From assembly GCA_951406725.2 (NCBI GenBank), contig OX597828.1:40362001-40426000 (forward strand): a stretch of 64,000 bases of DNA. Direction: 5' to 3'. The stretch is from Octopus vulgaris. Lineage: Eukaryota. The notes below the pieces were generated by a model. It ran no database searches, was not told the origin of the DNA, and saw only the letters and a list, made by a program, of their open reading frames with translations. Every line of letters begins with the position of its first letter. The first letter of the stretch is position 1. Made by a program: the position numbers and the translations under genes. Positions 13,007-26,890 of the stretch are shown piece by piece.

Positions 13007-14008
13007 CTTTTTTTTTCACTAATTAAAATCGGTTAAATATGTAATATAGTGATGAGTGAATCTAATTGTTTAGCAATACAGTGAAAAATGTAAATATGTT
13101 TTAGTATTATCAGATGACCTTAGTGAAGCCTTGTTTAATTCTTAGAAAATTTTAGAATGACTGGAAAGATAAAAGTTTTTCATGTGCACACACTGATTGA
13201 TAGATTAAAAGCATGACTGAAGGGTATATACATATACACACACACATATATATACACATACACACACACACATATATATATACACACACACACATACTTA
13301 CATATATGTACATATATATACATGCATATAATAATAATAATAGGTACAGGATGTCATCAAACGTCAACAACATGAAATACAAAAACATGGAATATGAACT
13401 TCTTTTGAGAACAACGAAAGAAACAAATGGAAAACAAGACAAGTAACATAAAGAACGACCCTTCATCCGTTGTCGGTTATTTTATCTACTCCACATTTTG
13501 AGCAATTACGACAAGATATGTCTACAAGAAAACAGTTGCTCCAACAAAGCAAAATAAAATTTCGGACTTGTGGAGGGTCAAAGTTGGTAACAAAAACAGG
13601 ACAGTGAAAACAAACAGTAAGGGCTTCTAAGCCATAATGAAGAGGGGAGGAACAAGCTTTGACAGGAAAAAAGATAGAAGAGACAGACAAGAATGCGTGT
13701 GATCTGTGTGGCAGATCAAAAGGAAAGAAAGAAGCTCAAGTTAGGAAAAAAAAGATGGCCGATGGTCACGTGTGAGCAACGAGACAGTAAAGGAGGAAGA
13801 GCGAGAAAGAGAGAGGGACAGATAGAGAATGGTGAAAGGGAGAGGAAAAGAATTAGAGAAAGGATGAGAGAGAAAACACAAAAGAGGGAAAAGGGGAGAT
13901 AAAAAGAATTAGAGAAAGGAAGAGAGGGGAGACAGTCGCATCAAAATCATTAAGATAAACTTACTTGGAAATGGATGCGTGGCGTTCAATCATATAATAA
14001 TATAAATA

Positions 14009-14042
<34 letters not shown>

Positions 14043-14363
14043 TTATATATATGCATATATACATACATATATGTACATACTTACATATACATCCTTTCTC
14101 TAATTCTTTTAAATAGTAGGATGTGGTTTGAGTGAAATTTGATTTTTAAAAAAATACATAGGAAAGACACAGTAAATAATGTAGACTTAGAGACATTATG
14201 TCTTAGGGCGGGGGTTAAAAAAAAGGAAGATGAGGTGGTCATAATAGGAAAACCATTGATTATTAGTCTGCTTGTTCAGAGCTAAACAACAACAACACCA
14301 AAATACCAAATACTCACAAAAATAAAAACCAAAAAAAAAAAAAAACATATCCAAACTTCTTAC

Positions 14364-17300
14364 CATCTCCTCTTGGTGGAATTATTGCTTTCAGCCCACT
14401 TTCCAAAATGCGCAGTTTTTGCTCTGGTGTAATATGTGGCCGGTCTTTTACATGGAAAACAGATTTTATACTAAGGTCTGTCATGTCCCTGCTAAGATCA
14501 AAATCTAGATCTTTAGAATCAGTATGTTTTATTCCTTTGTCTTTTTTATCATTTACAGTTTTGCTGGGTTTTTGCCCTAGTTTCTTCTCTTTACTTGATG
14601 TTGGAGTTTTTTGCTTGTCAGAGCTTTCAGAACCACTGCTGGTACTCTTATTACGAGACTTACTTGGCAAGAACATAGACAATAAGGACCGTTTCTTTTC
14701 TTTCTTTGGGGTGGATGCAGTCGAAGAACCTTCTGACTGAGTCCCTTCTTTAGGCTTATCAGGTTTCTTAGTGCTTGTAGATTGTGACCAACTTAGGAAG
14801 GGTTTTGGGGTGGGGCTGGGAACTTTTGGACTGAATGCAGACTGGTTTGTTGAAAGGGATTGCTGCTTAACAGGGGTTTGGTCTGAATAGGTACTCGGAA
14901 TGGGTGTATTTGGAGTGGGTGACATCTTCCAGAAGGGAGATGTGGTGTAAGGCGTAGACAATAACACCGACGCTGGAATGTCTTGGTTGTAACTGTCTCG
15001 TTTGTTGGTAGGAATCATCTTGGTGAGAGAGATTACTCTTTCCTTTTTCTTTGGTTCTGGTGGTTTTGTTGAATTAGTTGGTACAATGGGGGAAGCTGGT
15101 TCCTTTTTCGGAGCCGCTGGCAATATCCTTTTCTTAAATGCAGAATGGGATACCCGGCGGACCGGCTTTGATTTTATGAGAGTTCCAGGGAACTGTTCCA
15201 CTGAGCTGATGCTGATAGTTGTCAGAGCATCACTATCGCTTTCATCAGCAAAGGGAATATCATCAATAGATTCTACAACACTAGATTGCTTATCAAGATG
15301 GTTTTCTTTTTGAGGTTTCTTCAAACTTGCATCTACAGGAATCTTACGCCTTTTGTCATTCCTACCTTCAGGAGGCACAGTCAAAGAAGCATTAGGTTTC
15401 ATTTTTTCTTCTAACTTAGTTGGAATAAAAGGTTGTTTTTTGTTTTCTTCAGGTTCTTTGGTAGCTGTGCTTACTGGAGTACTCCCAGCAGATTTAGCTT
15501 TTAAAGAGGTTCTGGAAGCCGGAGTAGGAGCTAGTGGCTTCAAAGGTGGAAGGCTTCTTTTTAATTCAGTAACTTCTGGTAAAATACGACGAGGCTTTGG
15601 AACAGGTGTTAAATCAGTTGGGCTTTCATCTAAAGTAGCTTTTGGTGCTGGAGATAATTCCCGACTTCCAGCAACAAAATTTCTATCTAAGCTTTTTGAA
15701 TGAGAGTAATTTTTCCTGGTGATATTGTCAGGAAGTTGTTTACTGACAACTGTCATATCATAATTACCGTTGTTCTCAGGTAAATCTGAGTAACGTTTCC
15801 AATTATCTTTATTATCACCTTTCCACAAATATTCAGGTTTCTTTCTCATTTCAACATCAACACTTGAAAGATATTTTTCCATATAACTTTCCCTCGGAAG
15901 TGAAGAAGCTCGTGTAACTTGTTTGTTGGCACTAGTTTTATTTGACTGGATTCTGTCAGAAGATGGAATAGCTATAGGTTGGCTTTCTAAAATAAGGTCA
16001 GAGAGAGGACGTCGAGAATCAAATTCAGTGGTCAGAGGCCGAGCTGACCGAGGCGGTTTAATGGGTATTGAATTTCTATATTTAACTTCAGTAGGTGTTG
16101 TTGGAGTATTAGCAGCATCCTCATTATCATCAGCAGTAACAGTAGTTGTAGTTGTAGTAGGTGTACTGGTAATAGTAGTAGTTGTAGGTATAGCAGCAGC
16201 ACTGCTTTCAACATCAACCTTACTCAGAGTATTCACAGTAGGTTTCTTGTTAGCAAAAAGAGGGTGCCTATCAGCAATGTCAACCAACAAAGGCTTTTTA
16301 TCAGCTAATTTGTTCTTTTTTGGTGAGAAAGCCAATTGTGGAATACTCTGCTTGGTCTTTTCAGTTACAGATACAGAATGTACCATTTTTTCCTCTTTAG
16401 GACTACAAGGCTCCTCTTCAGTTTCTTTTGACTCATAAATTTCAGTTTTATTTAGCAGTTTATGTGAAGAAGTAATTGCTGTTTTCTTGTCTAGATCATT
16501 AATTATTTCATTTGGGGTTTTCTCAGGAACTTCATTGTCCAACAACTCTGTAATATCTTCATTCCTAGTTGAAGACACTGGAAGATTCTCATTGTTAAGG
16601 TCTGCTAATATTTGCTCACTTTCATTCTCAACCATTTCCAAATTAGCATTGACATTTTTATTAACAATAACGTCCTCCTCCTGTTCAACAATGTTTTCTG
16701 GCAATTTAGAGATTTCTTCCAATTCCATTTCGAGATTCTTTGGTGCTTCTTCAACTTCCATTTCTTCATGTAATGGTTCTGTAACTTTATCTTCATCTTT
16801 TGACACCACAGAGACATCTATTACCTTGATTTTCTGCAATTCTTCCTCAGCCTTCACCGATTCTTCTGGAAGATCAGAAAATGTATCTTCAATCAAAGTA
16901 ACATCATCCTCTTGTGGTGCCTCCTCAACAGCAATGTTTTCAGCTTCGTTATTAACCTCATCAAGTCTTTCTTCTATAACTTGCTGAAACTCGTTGAGGA
17001 GTTCATTATCTGAATTATTGGCAGCAGTTTCTGACAGAATTTGTTTGTTGTACTGCAATGCATCGTTAAGAGAACTTAAAGAAGAGTGAATTGATTTACT
17101 TGGTGTCGATAGTGTAAAGCTGGTGTCTGATCCAGATCCACCATCATCTTTTTTGGGTTTCTTCTTTCTTTTGGTAATGAATCTTTCATCAAGTTTGTTC
17201 CAAGGCTCTGATTCTAAAACTGGCGTTGATGGCTCGTCCATTCTTTCTAAGCTACGGAGTACAGACTGCAGAGTGCTATCCTCTGAGTCAACAATAGTGT

Positions 17301-17962
17301 CATCAGACATGGCAGAAACACTTCGAAGAACAGCCTTTTCTGTGTTTGTTGTCTCTGTGCTCTTCGATTCGTCATCACTGGAATTATTTAGCTGTAATTC
17401 CTCCTCCTTCATCTCCTCTAACACATCGGTTTTTACATCAGCTTCAAGAATTTGCTCAGTGTCATTCACAATGTTGTCATCTTCAATGTTTTCACCAATA
17501 TTATCATCTTCCACAGTATTTCTTACAATGGCAACACCTTTAATGACATCACCTTCAACAGCTCTGCCTTTGTAGATATCTTCATTAGCAAAAGTGCCAT
17601 TTGCAACAACTTCATTGTCTTCATAGGTGCCATTTTCCATGGGTTCACCATTGTAGGTGCTATCTCTAATATTGGTGCTCTCTTTCATGAAGACGTCATC
17701 ATCGTCTTGCATGCCTTCCCAAGCTTTGGCAGGAGTCATTTCCCCCTCATCCTCGCTACTGGTCGACCTTCTTTCAAGACTTGTTAGAACTTCTTCCATG
17801 GCTTGGCCGACAGCCTCTCTGTCATCTACATTCTCCTCAATGATATCATCAATTTCGTCATTGGTATCAGCTTCTTCGGAGGCTACCTCTTCCAAAGTTT
17901 CAGTTTCACTTTCTTCAGATCCTTCAAAGTAATCTTCCTCCACAGCAATATCAGACTTGGCA
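14364..17962 (-). CDS. MICAL3: MICAL giant exon, 3599 nt; acidic then Pro/Ser/Lys-rich disordered region
   Basis: Covers ORF 14314..17943. Acceptor ttgtattttacag, donor GATG|gtaaga; phase 2 in, phase 1 out. Contains DDIPFADE (15241-15264), recalling the IPFAD motif of vertebrate MICAL3, and PxxxPR motifs. Confidence 0.92.
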
Positions 17963-18210
17963 CTGTAAAATACAAAAGAACATTTTAGAACATGTTACAG
18001 GTAACATGTTTTTGACATTATTTATGAAGAGAAGATTGTTTGAAGTTACATTTATACAAATTCAAACCTATAAACACACTCCCCAGTTGCTTGTCTGTTT
18101 TTCTCAAAGAATCCCACACAGCCTGGATTACCCTAAGCACCAAAGACAAGTACCTTCTCTTGTTGTGAGGAATTACTTGTCATCTTTAGAGAAATAAATT
18201 ACTGTTAATT

Positions 18211-18668
18211 AGGCATAGGTGTGATTGTGTGGTTAAGAAGCCTTCTTTCCAGCCATGTGGTCCTGAGTTCAATACCACTGCATAGCGCCTTGGATGAAAA
18301 TCTTCTACTATGGCTCTAGGCCAACCAAAGTCTTGTGAGTTTGGTAAATGGAAACTGAAAGAAGCCTGTCATACATACACACACACATACATATATACAT
18401 ACATATATACACACACACACACATATATATATACAGACATGCACATATACATCATGTAATGGTTATGAATGAGAATCACCATCACACAAGAGAAGTTGTT
18501 CTTTTCCAATTTCCATGAAAAACATGTCTGACCATGGGGAAATATTACTGTGCTTGGAAACAGTTAAGGGTTGGCAACAGGAAAGGCATCCAGCCATAGA
18601 AAATCTGCCTCAAAAATTCTATAAGATCCAAGCAAGCATGAAAAAGAGGACATTTAACAATGATGATA
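18211..18668 (+). mobile_element. SINE family A
   Basis: Same head and core as the 30895 copy, internal microsatellite, tail aggcatccagccatagaaa...atgatgat. Confidence 0.78.
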
Positions 18669-18772
18669 ATTATATTTTTTGTAGAAATACAAATAAACTA
18701 GTTCAGTTTGAAGATTTAAAATAAATAAATAAAATGATTGACGATAGAGAATAAACAATGTCTTTGACTTAC

Positions 18773-18953
18773 ATGGCATCTTTTAAAGCTTCTTTATCCA
18801 AATTAGTATCTTCTACTTTAGTGACCACGGCATCAGATGCCTGACCAATGGTAACATCAGTAGTGCTTGGTGTGACAGCTTCATCTTTAGCATTATTAAC
18901 ATTTTCACTCGATGTTGGCGTCTTCTCACCTGCTTTTTCAGATTTGTCGATTC
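18773..18953 (-). CDS. MICAL3: MICAL exon, 181 nt (GIDKSEKAGEKTPTSSENVNNAKDEAVTPST...EALKDAI)
   Basis: Acceptor ttctctctcag, donor AT|gtaagt. Phase 1 in, phase 2 out, open frame, matches both neighbours. Confidence 0.88.
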
Positions 18954-20949
18954 CTGAGAGAGAACCAAGTAAAATAAATGCAAAAATTAACGACGGGCAT
19001 TAATTTTCCTTTTTACATATTCTACCTTGATAGGAATTCACAACTAAGAGAGAAATAGTCAAGCTGTAAAATAGCAAGTTATTTGAAAGCCCAATAGCAA
19101 AATAAATAAAAGAAACGTAAATGTACCATAGAAGCAAACCACTTTACCACTAACAATTGAAAAACAACAATTTTTTAAAAAATTAATAAGATGGTAAGTA
19201 TTTATTTTACAATTATATTATTTCATTTTATTTCTTCTTGTTTAACTATCAAGACAGTGACTTCATGCAGTGTCAGCTACTAAATTTGATTTTTCTACAG
19301 TGAAGAGTGATAGCCTTTCTGGTGATTAATCGATAATAAAAATTGTTTAAAAGTTACCAGTTACCAATGCTTGCAAATGATTTTTGGTTTAGTTCTGATT
19401 AATGTTTCCCAAGGAAAAGAGTGTTTGTTATTTTTGTTAAGGAAGCAGAGTGAGAGGAGGAGAGGAGGAGGAGGTAGAGTGAAAGAGGAAAAGGAGAAGT
19501 AGGAGTGAAAGAGGGAAAGGAGAAGGAAGCGGGGTGAGAGAGAGAGAGAAGAGAGGAGGGAGCAGAAGTTAAAGACAGGAGAACAAGCAAGAAATTAGAG
19601 GCAAAAAGAGTGACTATAGCAGAATGGTCAAAGAGAAAAGGGGGGGGGGGAATAGAGAGAGAGACTACAGCAGGAAGACAGAGGGTTAAGAGAGAAAGAA
19701 AGAAGCTAGAAAAGAAACTATAAAGCTAAAGAGAGAGAAGACTAATAAGGAGAGACATTAATAGAATGATCAACAAAACTAAAAGAGCTCATTCGGGGGG
19801 GGGGGGTGAGAGAAGCTTGAGAGAGACAGTAGAAGAAAAAGGAGAGTTGTGAGATAGATAAAGAGAAAGAAGGAGGGGAGGGGAGGACTGAGAGGTAAAC
19901 TAATAGAAGATACGGTCAGTAGGACAATATTATTGTTATTATTACTATTATATAGTCACTAGGATAGTATTATTCATAGTATCAGTGGTCTGGATAAGGT
20001 AATTAGGCCAGTGTTAGTGCAGGACCAGGATCGTGTTTCTGGTGAACTAAGACCGCATGTTTAACAAACAGAGACAAATGTGGTGAGTATATGGTCACTA
20101 GAATGGTGTGGTTACTTTAGAATCAAAGGCCAATCAGTAGCACTGTCAGTAAGACAGTTGTTACTAACAAAAGAGAAGCAGAGCTCACTCAAGTGGTGGC
20201 TATAGGCCTTATAATATGTGATCTGATAACGCTTTTTGTTTACACACACAGACACAAACACTTATGTACATATTAATACACACACACATACTTGAGTGGA
20301 CTTGCTTACATTTTCCACTTGTTTGGTGAAGTCAATAAGTCACCATGTTTGACACACTCTTCCCACTGGACCTTGGGTACTTCTCAGGCCAGAAGATAAC
20401 TCGACATTCCGATGTGCCACTTTCTACAGCAATAAGCCTAAAGTAATGGCTTCTTTCTCCCCCCCCCCAATCCCCCACCTCACCAGATTCTGGTGGTGGG
20501 GAAGAGTTGCAAAACGGTCAAGGGTGCCATTCATTTTGTCTTTTGACCAAGTTGTTTAAACAACTGAACTACTTCCTCTGTGAAGTGTAGCGTGACTGAG
20601 TATTCCACAGACATATAGAACACTTAACAACATAATCCTCCACTGTAACACACTATGTAACAAGTCTGGCTCTTTTGCATTACAAGCGGCATCTATTTGA
20701 TGGTCTTTCAACACACAATGTCCTTCCACCCTAATTTCATTCATGTAGCTTGAGCAGCTTCAAGCCAGAGAACATTTGTCCAAGGTGCTGCACAGGTCAG
20801 ATCAAACTGAACACTTTGTGATTGCAAAATGCACATACACAGAAAAAAACACATATGTACAGACTGGATATAGTCACAGGTGTTACTCTTTTGATCACAG
20901 CTAATGGGTCTAAATTACAATGCATATATAGATACACACAGACACACAC

Positions 20950-21935
20950 ACATCATCATTTTACATCCGTCACTGAGTTTCACTACTCGACGTGATTCTT
21001 TGCCATCTCCTTCATAAGGTTCAACACCCTGAGTTCAGCTTTCACCACAGCTTCTCTTGTTTTCCTTAATGTAGGTTCCTTATATTTACATTGTTTGGTA
21101 TTTCATTATACAAACATCATCTTCCATACACATCACATGTCCACACCAACACAGTCTCTTATATTTTATATCTGATTCATCTTATTCGCAGTTGCTTTTA
21201 TCTCTCACCTCATTTATTCTTCATTACTAATGCATACTAACATAAGACATCCAGCAGAACAGGCTCATCTCACTTCTTTCCAGTTTTCTCACATCTTCCA
21301 TATTCGAAGTCCACATTTCACTACCCTGCAGTATTGCAATTCATATAAAATATCATACACTCTACCTCCCACTCAAAGAGAATGAATCCCTTTGTTGCCA
21401 GCAGAATAAATAGCACCTCCTAAACTTTTTTTTCACTTTGCTCTTACTCTGTCGACAATGCTTTCAGAGCAGCCACCATATCTGCTAATTAGGTGACCTC
21501 AGTAACTGAAGCTACTACTATGGAATCTTCCAAGCATTTAAAACAATTTATTTCACATATATTCTAACCGTTAACCACTCCCACATACAAAGACCTCCTC
21601 TGTTAAACCTGCCTGTGATCCCATACCATGTGTATTTACAGTTTACAATGGGTACACCATACGTCATTTCTAATTCCTCCTCTTCTACATATCAAACATG
21701 GCCACTTCCAGTATGGTGGTAGAATCATGTCATCTTTCCTGCTAACAAGAACTTGGGTTTTTGCTAGGTTTTATTTTAGGATTTCTCAATTATAGGCTTT
21801 GTCTTCATCTTTTGAAATTTTTGTTCAGAGCCATGGCAGATTCAGCTATGAGAGCAAGGTCAATAGCATGCAAGAATTCCACAGACAGCCTACCTTAAAT
21901 TCCATGGCTTTGGCTTAGAGAACAAGAATAACCAT
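20950..21935 (-). mobile_element. Degenerate RTE-clade LINE 3' fragment
   Basis: Minus strand near 21900-21840 reads EFKVGCLW/FLHAIDLALIAES, a decayed LLYADDL motif; (ATG)n tail near 20955. Confidence 0.65.
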
Positions 21936-22069
21936 ATTTATATAACCCAGCATAGAAAACAAATGTAGAATGATGATGATGATGGTATCACTCATTTCTT
22001 AAATATCCATTTTTCCATGCTAGTATGGAATTGAATGGGAACGTATTTCAAGCAGGATTTTAGGTCTTG

Positions 22070-22570
22070 GATGCACAGGCAAGACAGTGTGGTTAAGAAG
22101 TTTGCTCCCCAACCACATAGTTCCAAGTTCAATATAACTGAATGGTACTTTGGGTGTCTTCTACTACTGCCCCAAACCAACTATGGCCTCATGAGTGGAT
22201 CTGGAAGATGGAAGCTATAATAAGCCTACCATGTGTCTGTGTGTGTATGTGTGTGTGTGTGTGCATGCATGTGCACATTTAGATGTGAGTGTGTGCATGT
22301 TTGTGTCTCTTTGTCTTCACATCATGTGATAGTTGTAAGCGATTGTCACTGTCATACAAGCATTGTTCGTTCATTTCCAAAATTTTGGAAATAAAAAACA
22401 TGTCTGGCCAAAGGGAAATATTACCTAGTTTGGAAACGGGTGGCAAAAATTGGTGGCAGGAAGGGCATCCGGCCATAGAAAAATCTCCCTCATTAAACTC
22501 TGCCTAACTCATGCAAGCATGGGGAAGTGGATGTTAAAACAATGATGATGATGATGATGATGATGATGAC
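22070..22570 (+). mobile_element. SINE family A with (GAT)n tail
   Basis: Head agtgtggttaagaagtttgctccccaaccac, (TG)n middle, ggaagggcatccggccatagaaa, (ATG)n end. Confidence 0.78.
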
Positions 22571-23107
22571 TGAGAGATGAAGCTTATTCTATCACTCAAC
22601 CCTCACCTGTTTTTCAAGTAAGGAACTTCTTATTCAACACATTTTCAAAAGACCAGAGCAACAAAGAATGTAAACATATCTATGTCTGGAATTCAGAGCT
22701 GTGTAGGATGTCAACATTAGCATACATTGACATACATACACACACAATGGGCTTCTTACAGTTTCTGACCACCAAATTCACACAGAAGAAAATTGGTCAA
22801 AGCAGGGCTAAAATAGAAGGCACTTGTCCAAGGCACCATACAATGGGACTGAATCGGAAATGATGTACTTCAAAAGAAAACTTCTTAATCACAAACACAC
22901 AAAGTGTATACACATAATACACACCAGAAGATATATAAGTGTGCACACACACACATCCATCCTCTGATATAGGCTTCCACCTGCACACTAAATGCATAGG
23001 CATACATCATGTGCTACTGCAGCAGTGCAGGTAATTGCTATTGATTACCACTTAGCATGTTGTGTAGCAACATTGTTTGAGATTTGAATTACCATGTGTA
23101 TATGAAT

Positions 23108-23138
<31 letters not shown>

Positions 23139-23731
23139 CACACAATAGTTTTGATACACATGTCATGCTAGAACTGCTAACTTTATTTCTGGTCTCTTTT
23201 TTTTTTTGACATCCTTTTATCGTTGTTGCTGTTGTTATTGTCTCGGTTCTATGTATTTGCATGGATGGGTGCAATAGAATTTTGTCAAAACAATTGTCTT
23301 TACAGTTGGATGCCCTCACCAGCACCGCCACCATTATCATCATCATCATCATCATCATCACCACTACCACCACCCTTTTCACCAACCACTCATCTGTGAA
23401 ATAGGAAGTAGGAACTGGTTTTTGTTTTTGCTATATGTGTGTCAGTGAACTAAACTGCAGGTAAAGTAGACAAAGAGAGGTGGGGCAAGAGTAAAGATAA
23501 AGTGAGAACAGTAGAGTTGAGTTGAGAGAGAGAGAGAGAGAGAGAGAATGAGGGTGGGATAAAAAGTGGAGAGGAAGACAAATATGGAATACAGCTGAGG
23601 CTGTGTCTGATCTTTAGCAGTATGGTAAACAACAAATTATTTTTTAATTTATTGAACCATTCAGTATGCATTCACACACATGCAAAAAAAAATCTCCAGT
23701 TGCTCCAAGACCTTGCAGCCACTGCTAGACT

Positions 23732-23774
23732 GCTTTGCTGATGAAGTCCAATGAGACTGAAACATGTCTGAAGT
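23732..23774 (+). ncRNA. Minimal type I hammerhead ribozyme motif (Penelope-like), stem I decayed
   Basis: gctttg-CTGATGA-AGTC-caatga-GACT-GAAA-CATG-TC-tgaagt: intact core, 4-bp stem II, palindromic stem III, GUC cleavage triplet. Confidence 0.6.
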
Positions 23775-24199
23775 TGTTCCAGTACTGCTAAAGATTTGGC
23801 TCATTCCTCACTGCAGTTGATATTTAAATTAACTTTATTAAAATTTCAAGGTTACCCCACTTGTCTTTTTTGACAAGAATTAGCCATTTAAATAATGATT
23901 GTTCTCATTACTGAGATTGTAAATTTAATTAAAATTTTTTTGGCTTATACATTAAGTATGCTAATGTCCACTTAAGTATAACATTTTCATGCAACAGGCA
24001 GCCCTGGGTATTTTTCCCAAGTTAATATTTTATATTTGATATATATATATATATATAATGAGTCAGAGCAAATCAGGACATCATTGATGAAAAGTGCATT
24101 CGTAACTACAGCAGTGCACTTACCTTGACCGACACTGAGAAGAAAGAAGCATGGAAATGATTCTAGAAGCAGCTGTGGAATGACAAAGGTGTATGAGAG

Positions 24200-25845
24200 G
24201 GAGAGGAGGGGAGAACCCGAAACGGATCCAACAGAGGGACCACATATGAAGGTTGACTGCTGTATGGTCAAGTTTAGTCACTGAGGTGTTGAAAACATCC
24301 AGAAATGTAGGACATGCACTGGTTATTCACATAGTCAATTATGTTGTACAGAGAGGTTGTCCTTAATGACTGATGCAGCAGCAACATTGTGAACTGCTAC
24401 AAAGAAAAGTGGGATGCTCTAGAAAGAATTAACTGTAGAGGCATTAAACTGATGGGGATGGACCAAATCCAAAAAAGTAGCAGAGTTATAGTAAAGTCAA
24501 TCAAGGACAGAATAAACTTAGATGAGATTCAGTTTGGGTTTGTACCCAGACTTAGAAACATCAACACATTCTTCCTGGTGCAGAAATGACAAGAGAAGTT
24601 TTTTTTAACTCAGAACAAACTCTTATAACTAGCAATCACTGACTTAGAGAAGACCTCTGACAGAATTCCATGCTGTGTAGTTTGGTGATCCCTAAGAATA
24701 ATGGGTGTAGATGAATGGCTTATAAGAGCCATGTAAGTCATGTGTAGGAGTGTTGTTAGCAAAATGGGAATTAACACTGAGCACAGTGAGGATTTAATAT
24801 GCCATGATATGTCCATCAAAGCTTGGTTCTCAGTCCTCTCTTGTTTACCAGCCTATTACAGAGAAGCTCAAGATTGGCTTCTAGTGGGAACATCTGTATA
24901 CCAATGATACAGTTCTCATAGTTGAATCAGTTGAAGAATTCGAAGAAAAGTGCCTAAAGGAATTGGAATTAGAATTAAGAGGCCTATATTTCAAATTAGC
25001 AAAGGCAAAAACTGTTAGTCAGCTATGAGAAATCAAATAGAACGCACCTACCAATTGAGACATCATGATACTTGATGTGCAGAAAGGGAGTAGGCAGGAA
25101 ATTTGTGCACCCAGTGCAAATAATATGTAGACAAATGGATGCAGAGGGATCTCAGATAGGCTGTATGAGATGAATTTCATATGTAATGGATGTACCCCAA
25201 GTAGCTAGCTGAAAGAGCATTGAGGAAATTAAGTATTTGAGTTATCCAGAAGAACCATTAAAAGTAGTGGATAACTTCTGCAACATAAGCAAACCAAACT
25301 GCAGTGGAAGTGGATGCAGCAGAAATGTAGTGGCTAGAATAAGGACAAGATTGAAAAATTTCTGGGAGGTATTAACTCTGTCAACAACCAAGATGACATG
25401 AGTCTTGCATGTGAAGTACAATACTGCATGGGAGCAAGATATACATGTCGAATATGGAGGATGTACAAAGGCTGGAAAGAAATAAGGTGAGCATGCTTCA
25501 CTGGATGTATAATGTTATTGTGCATAAATGACAAAGCACAGGTGTGCTGAGAGAAACACTACGCATCTGATGAGTGCGCTTTGGTATGCAATGATAGGGG
25601 ACTGCGATGATATGGACGTGTAAAGAATTTGAAGAATGATAGGTAAGTGAATAAGATCCAAATGATTCAGGTAGGAGGAGCCTGTAGAAGATGAGTTGGT
25701 AGGAATGGTAAGAGTTGGTAATAGGATTCCAAGCCTCAGAAAATAGATGACAGAGGAACACAAATGGGAGGACACTGTGCTAAAATTAACCTGACTAACC
25801 CATACAAGCATGAAGAAGCAGAACTGAAATGAGGATGTTTTATAA
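24200..25845 (+). mobile_element. Degenerate RTE-clade LINE (reverse transcriptase pseudogene)
   Basis: Motifs in RT order: NCRGIKLM, QFGFVP, DLEKTSDRIP (DLEKAFDRVP), VHQSLVLSPLLF (HQGSxLSPLLF), LYTND (YADD); many stops and frameshifts. Confidence 0.85.
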
Positions 25846-26890
25846 TGTGTGTGTGTGTACATTTACACACACACATTACTTTTTATATACCCACATAAAT
25901 ACACTATATATCATCATCATCCTCATTTTGGTATCTACTTTTCATGCTTACATAGACTGAAAAAGTCATCATGGTCCAGTCCAGTTCATGTCCTACATGG
26001 AGTTGCTGCTCTTCTACATGGGTTGGAGAACCACACCTCATTTGTTTATACCATTTTTAGCTTGGTTTCCAAAAGCTAGATGCCCAATCAATCTACAGAG
26101 TGTACTTGTTGCAGTTTTCATGTTTTTAGGAAAACTAAAAGGTTCTTTAGTCCTACATTGTTGCCATTCATTCACCAACCAATTTACAGCATACACTGGA
26201 TACATTTTATGGCACCAGCACAAGAGGGGTTGTCATGTTTTTCACAAGACTAAAGAATCCTTTCTAATCCACACTATTTCCATTCATTTTAGATGTGATG
26301 AAGGTGACAGAAGACAGAACTGAGGGAGAAAGAACTAGAGCGAAAGATAGAAGAGATAAGCAATAGAAGAGAAACAGTGATAGGCAGCAACATGTTAGTT
26401 GTTAGTAAGGAGGTAGTAGAGAAAAAGCATGAGTGGTGAAATGAGTAGAGAGAGAGAGAGAGACAGACAGACAGAATGATAGGAGGGAAGGTAAGGTGAT
26501 TGAAGAGGGAGTAATGAAAGTGAGAGAAAGTGATGGATAGCAATAAAGGAACATGATAAATACACACATACACACGCACACACACACATGTATATATATA
26601 ATATATATATACACACATATGTGTATATATATATTTATATTATACACACACACACACACGCACATACAAACACACATACATATCAGTTTATGCTTTAGAC
26701 TTTCCATTGGTATAAAGATGACATGTTTGGATCAAATAAAACAATTACTGACCCAAACATAACAGGTTTAAAATGTAAAGCAGATGAAGAATAATGGTAG
26801 TTGTTTTTATATTTTTTTGGCTTTTCTTTCTCTTTATATTATATGTATACTTTTGAAATTCATTTCCTTGCAGATGAATTGCAGTCTTAC

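Noticed and set aside
13965-13993. Strong donor CAA|gtaagt with upstream ATG (MIERHASIS)
   Set aside because: Phase 2, incompatible with the next exons (phase 1 and phase 0); could only be noncoding.
14408-17988. Many plus-strand and alternate-frame ORFs over the giant exon
   Set aside because: Shadows of the real minus-strand frame; no independent splice signals or protein-like features.
23320-23393. Acidic GGGSGDDDDDDDDNGGGA exon candidate on the minus strand
   Set aside because: Needs a rare GAG acceptor 5 nt inside a better CAG. It is built from (ATG)n microsatellite, and the donor overlaps the repeat motif agggcatccaactgtaaa.
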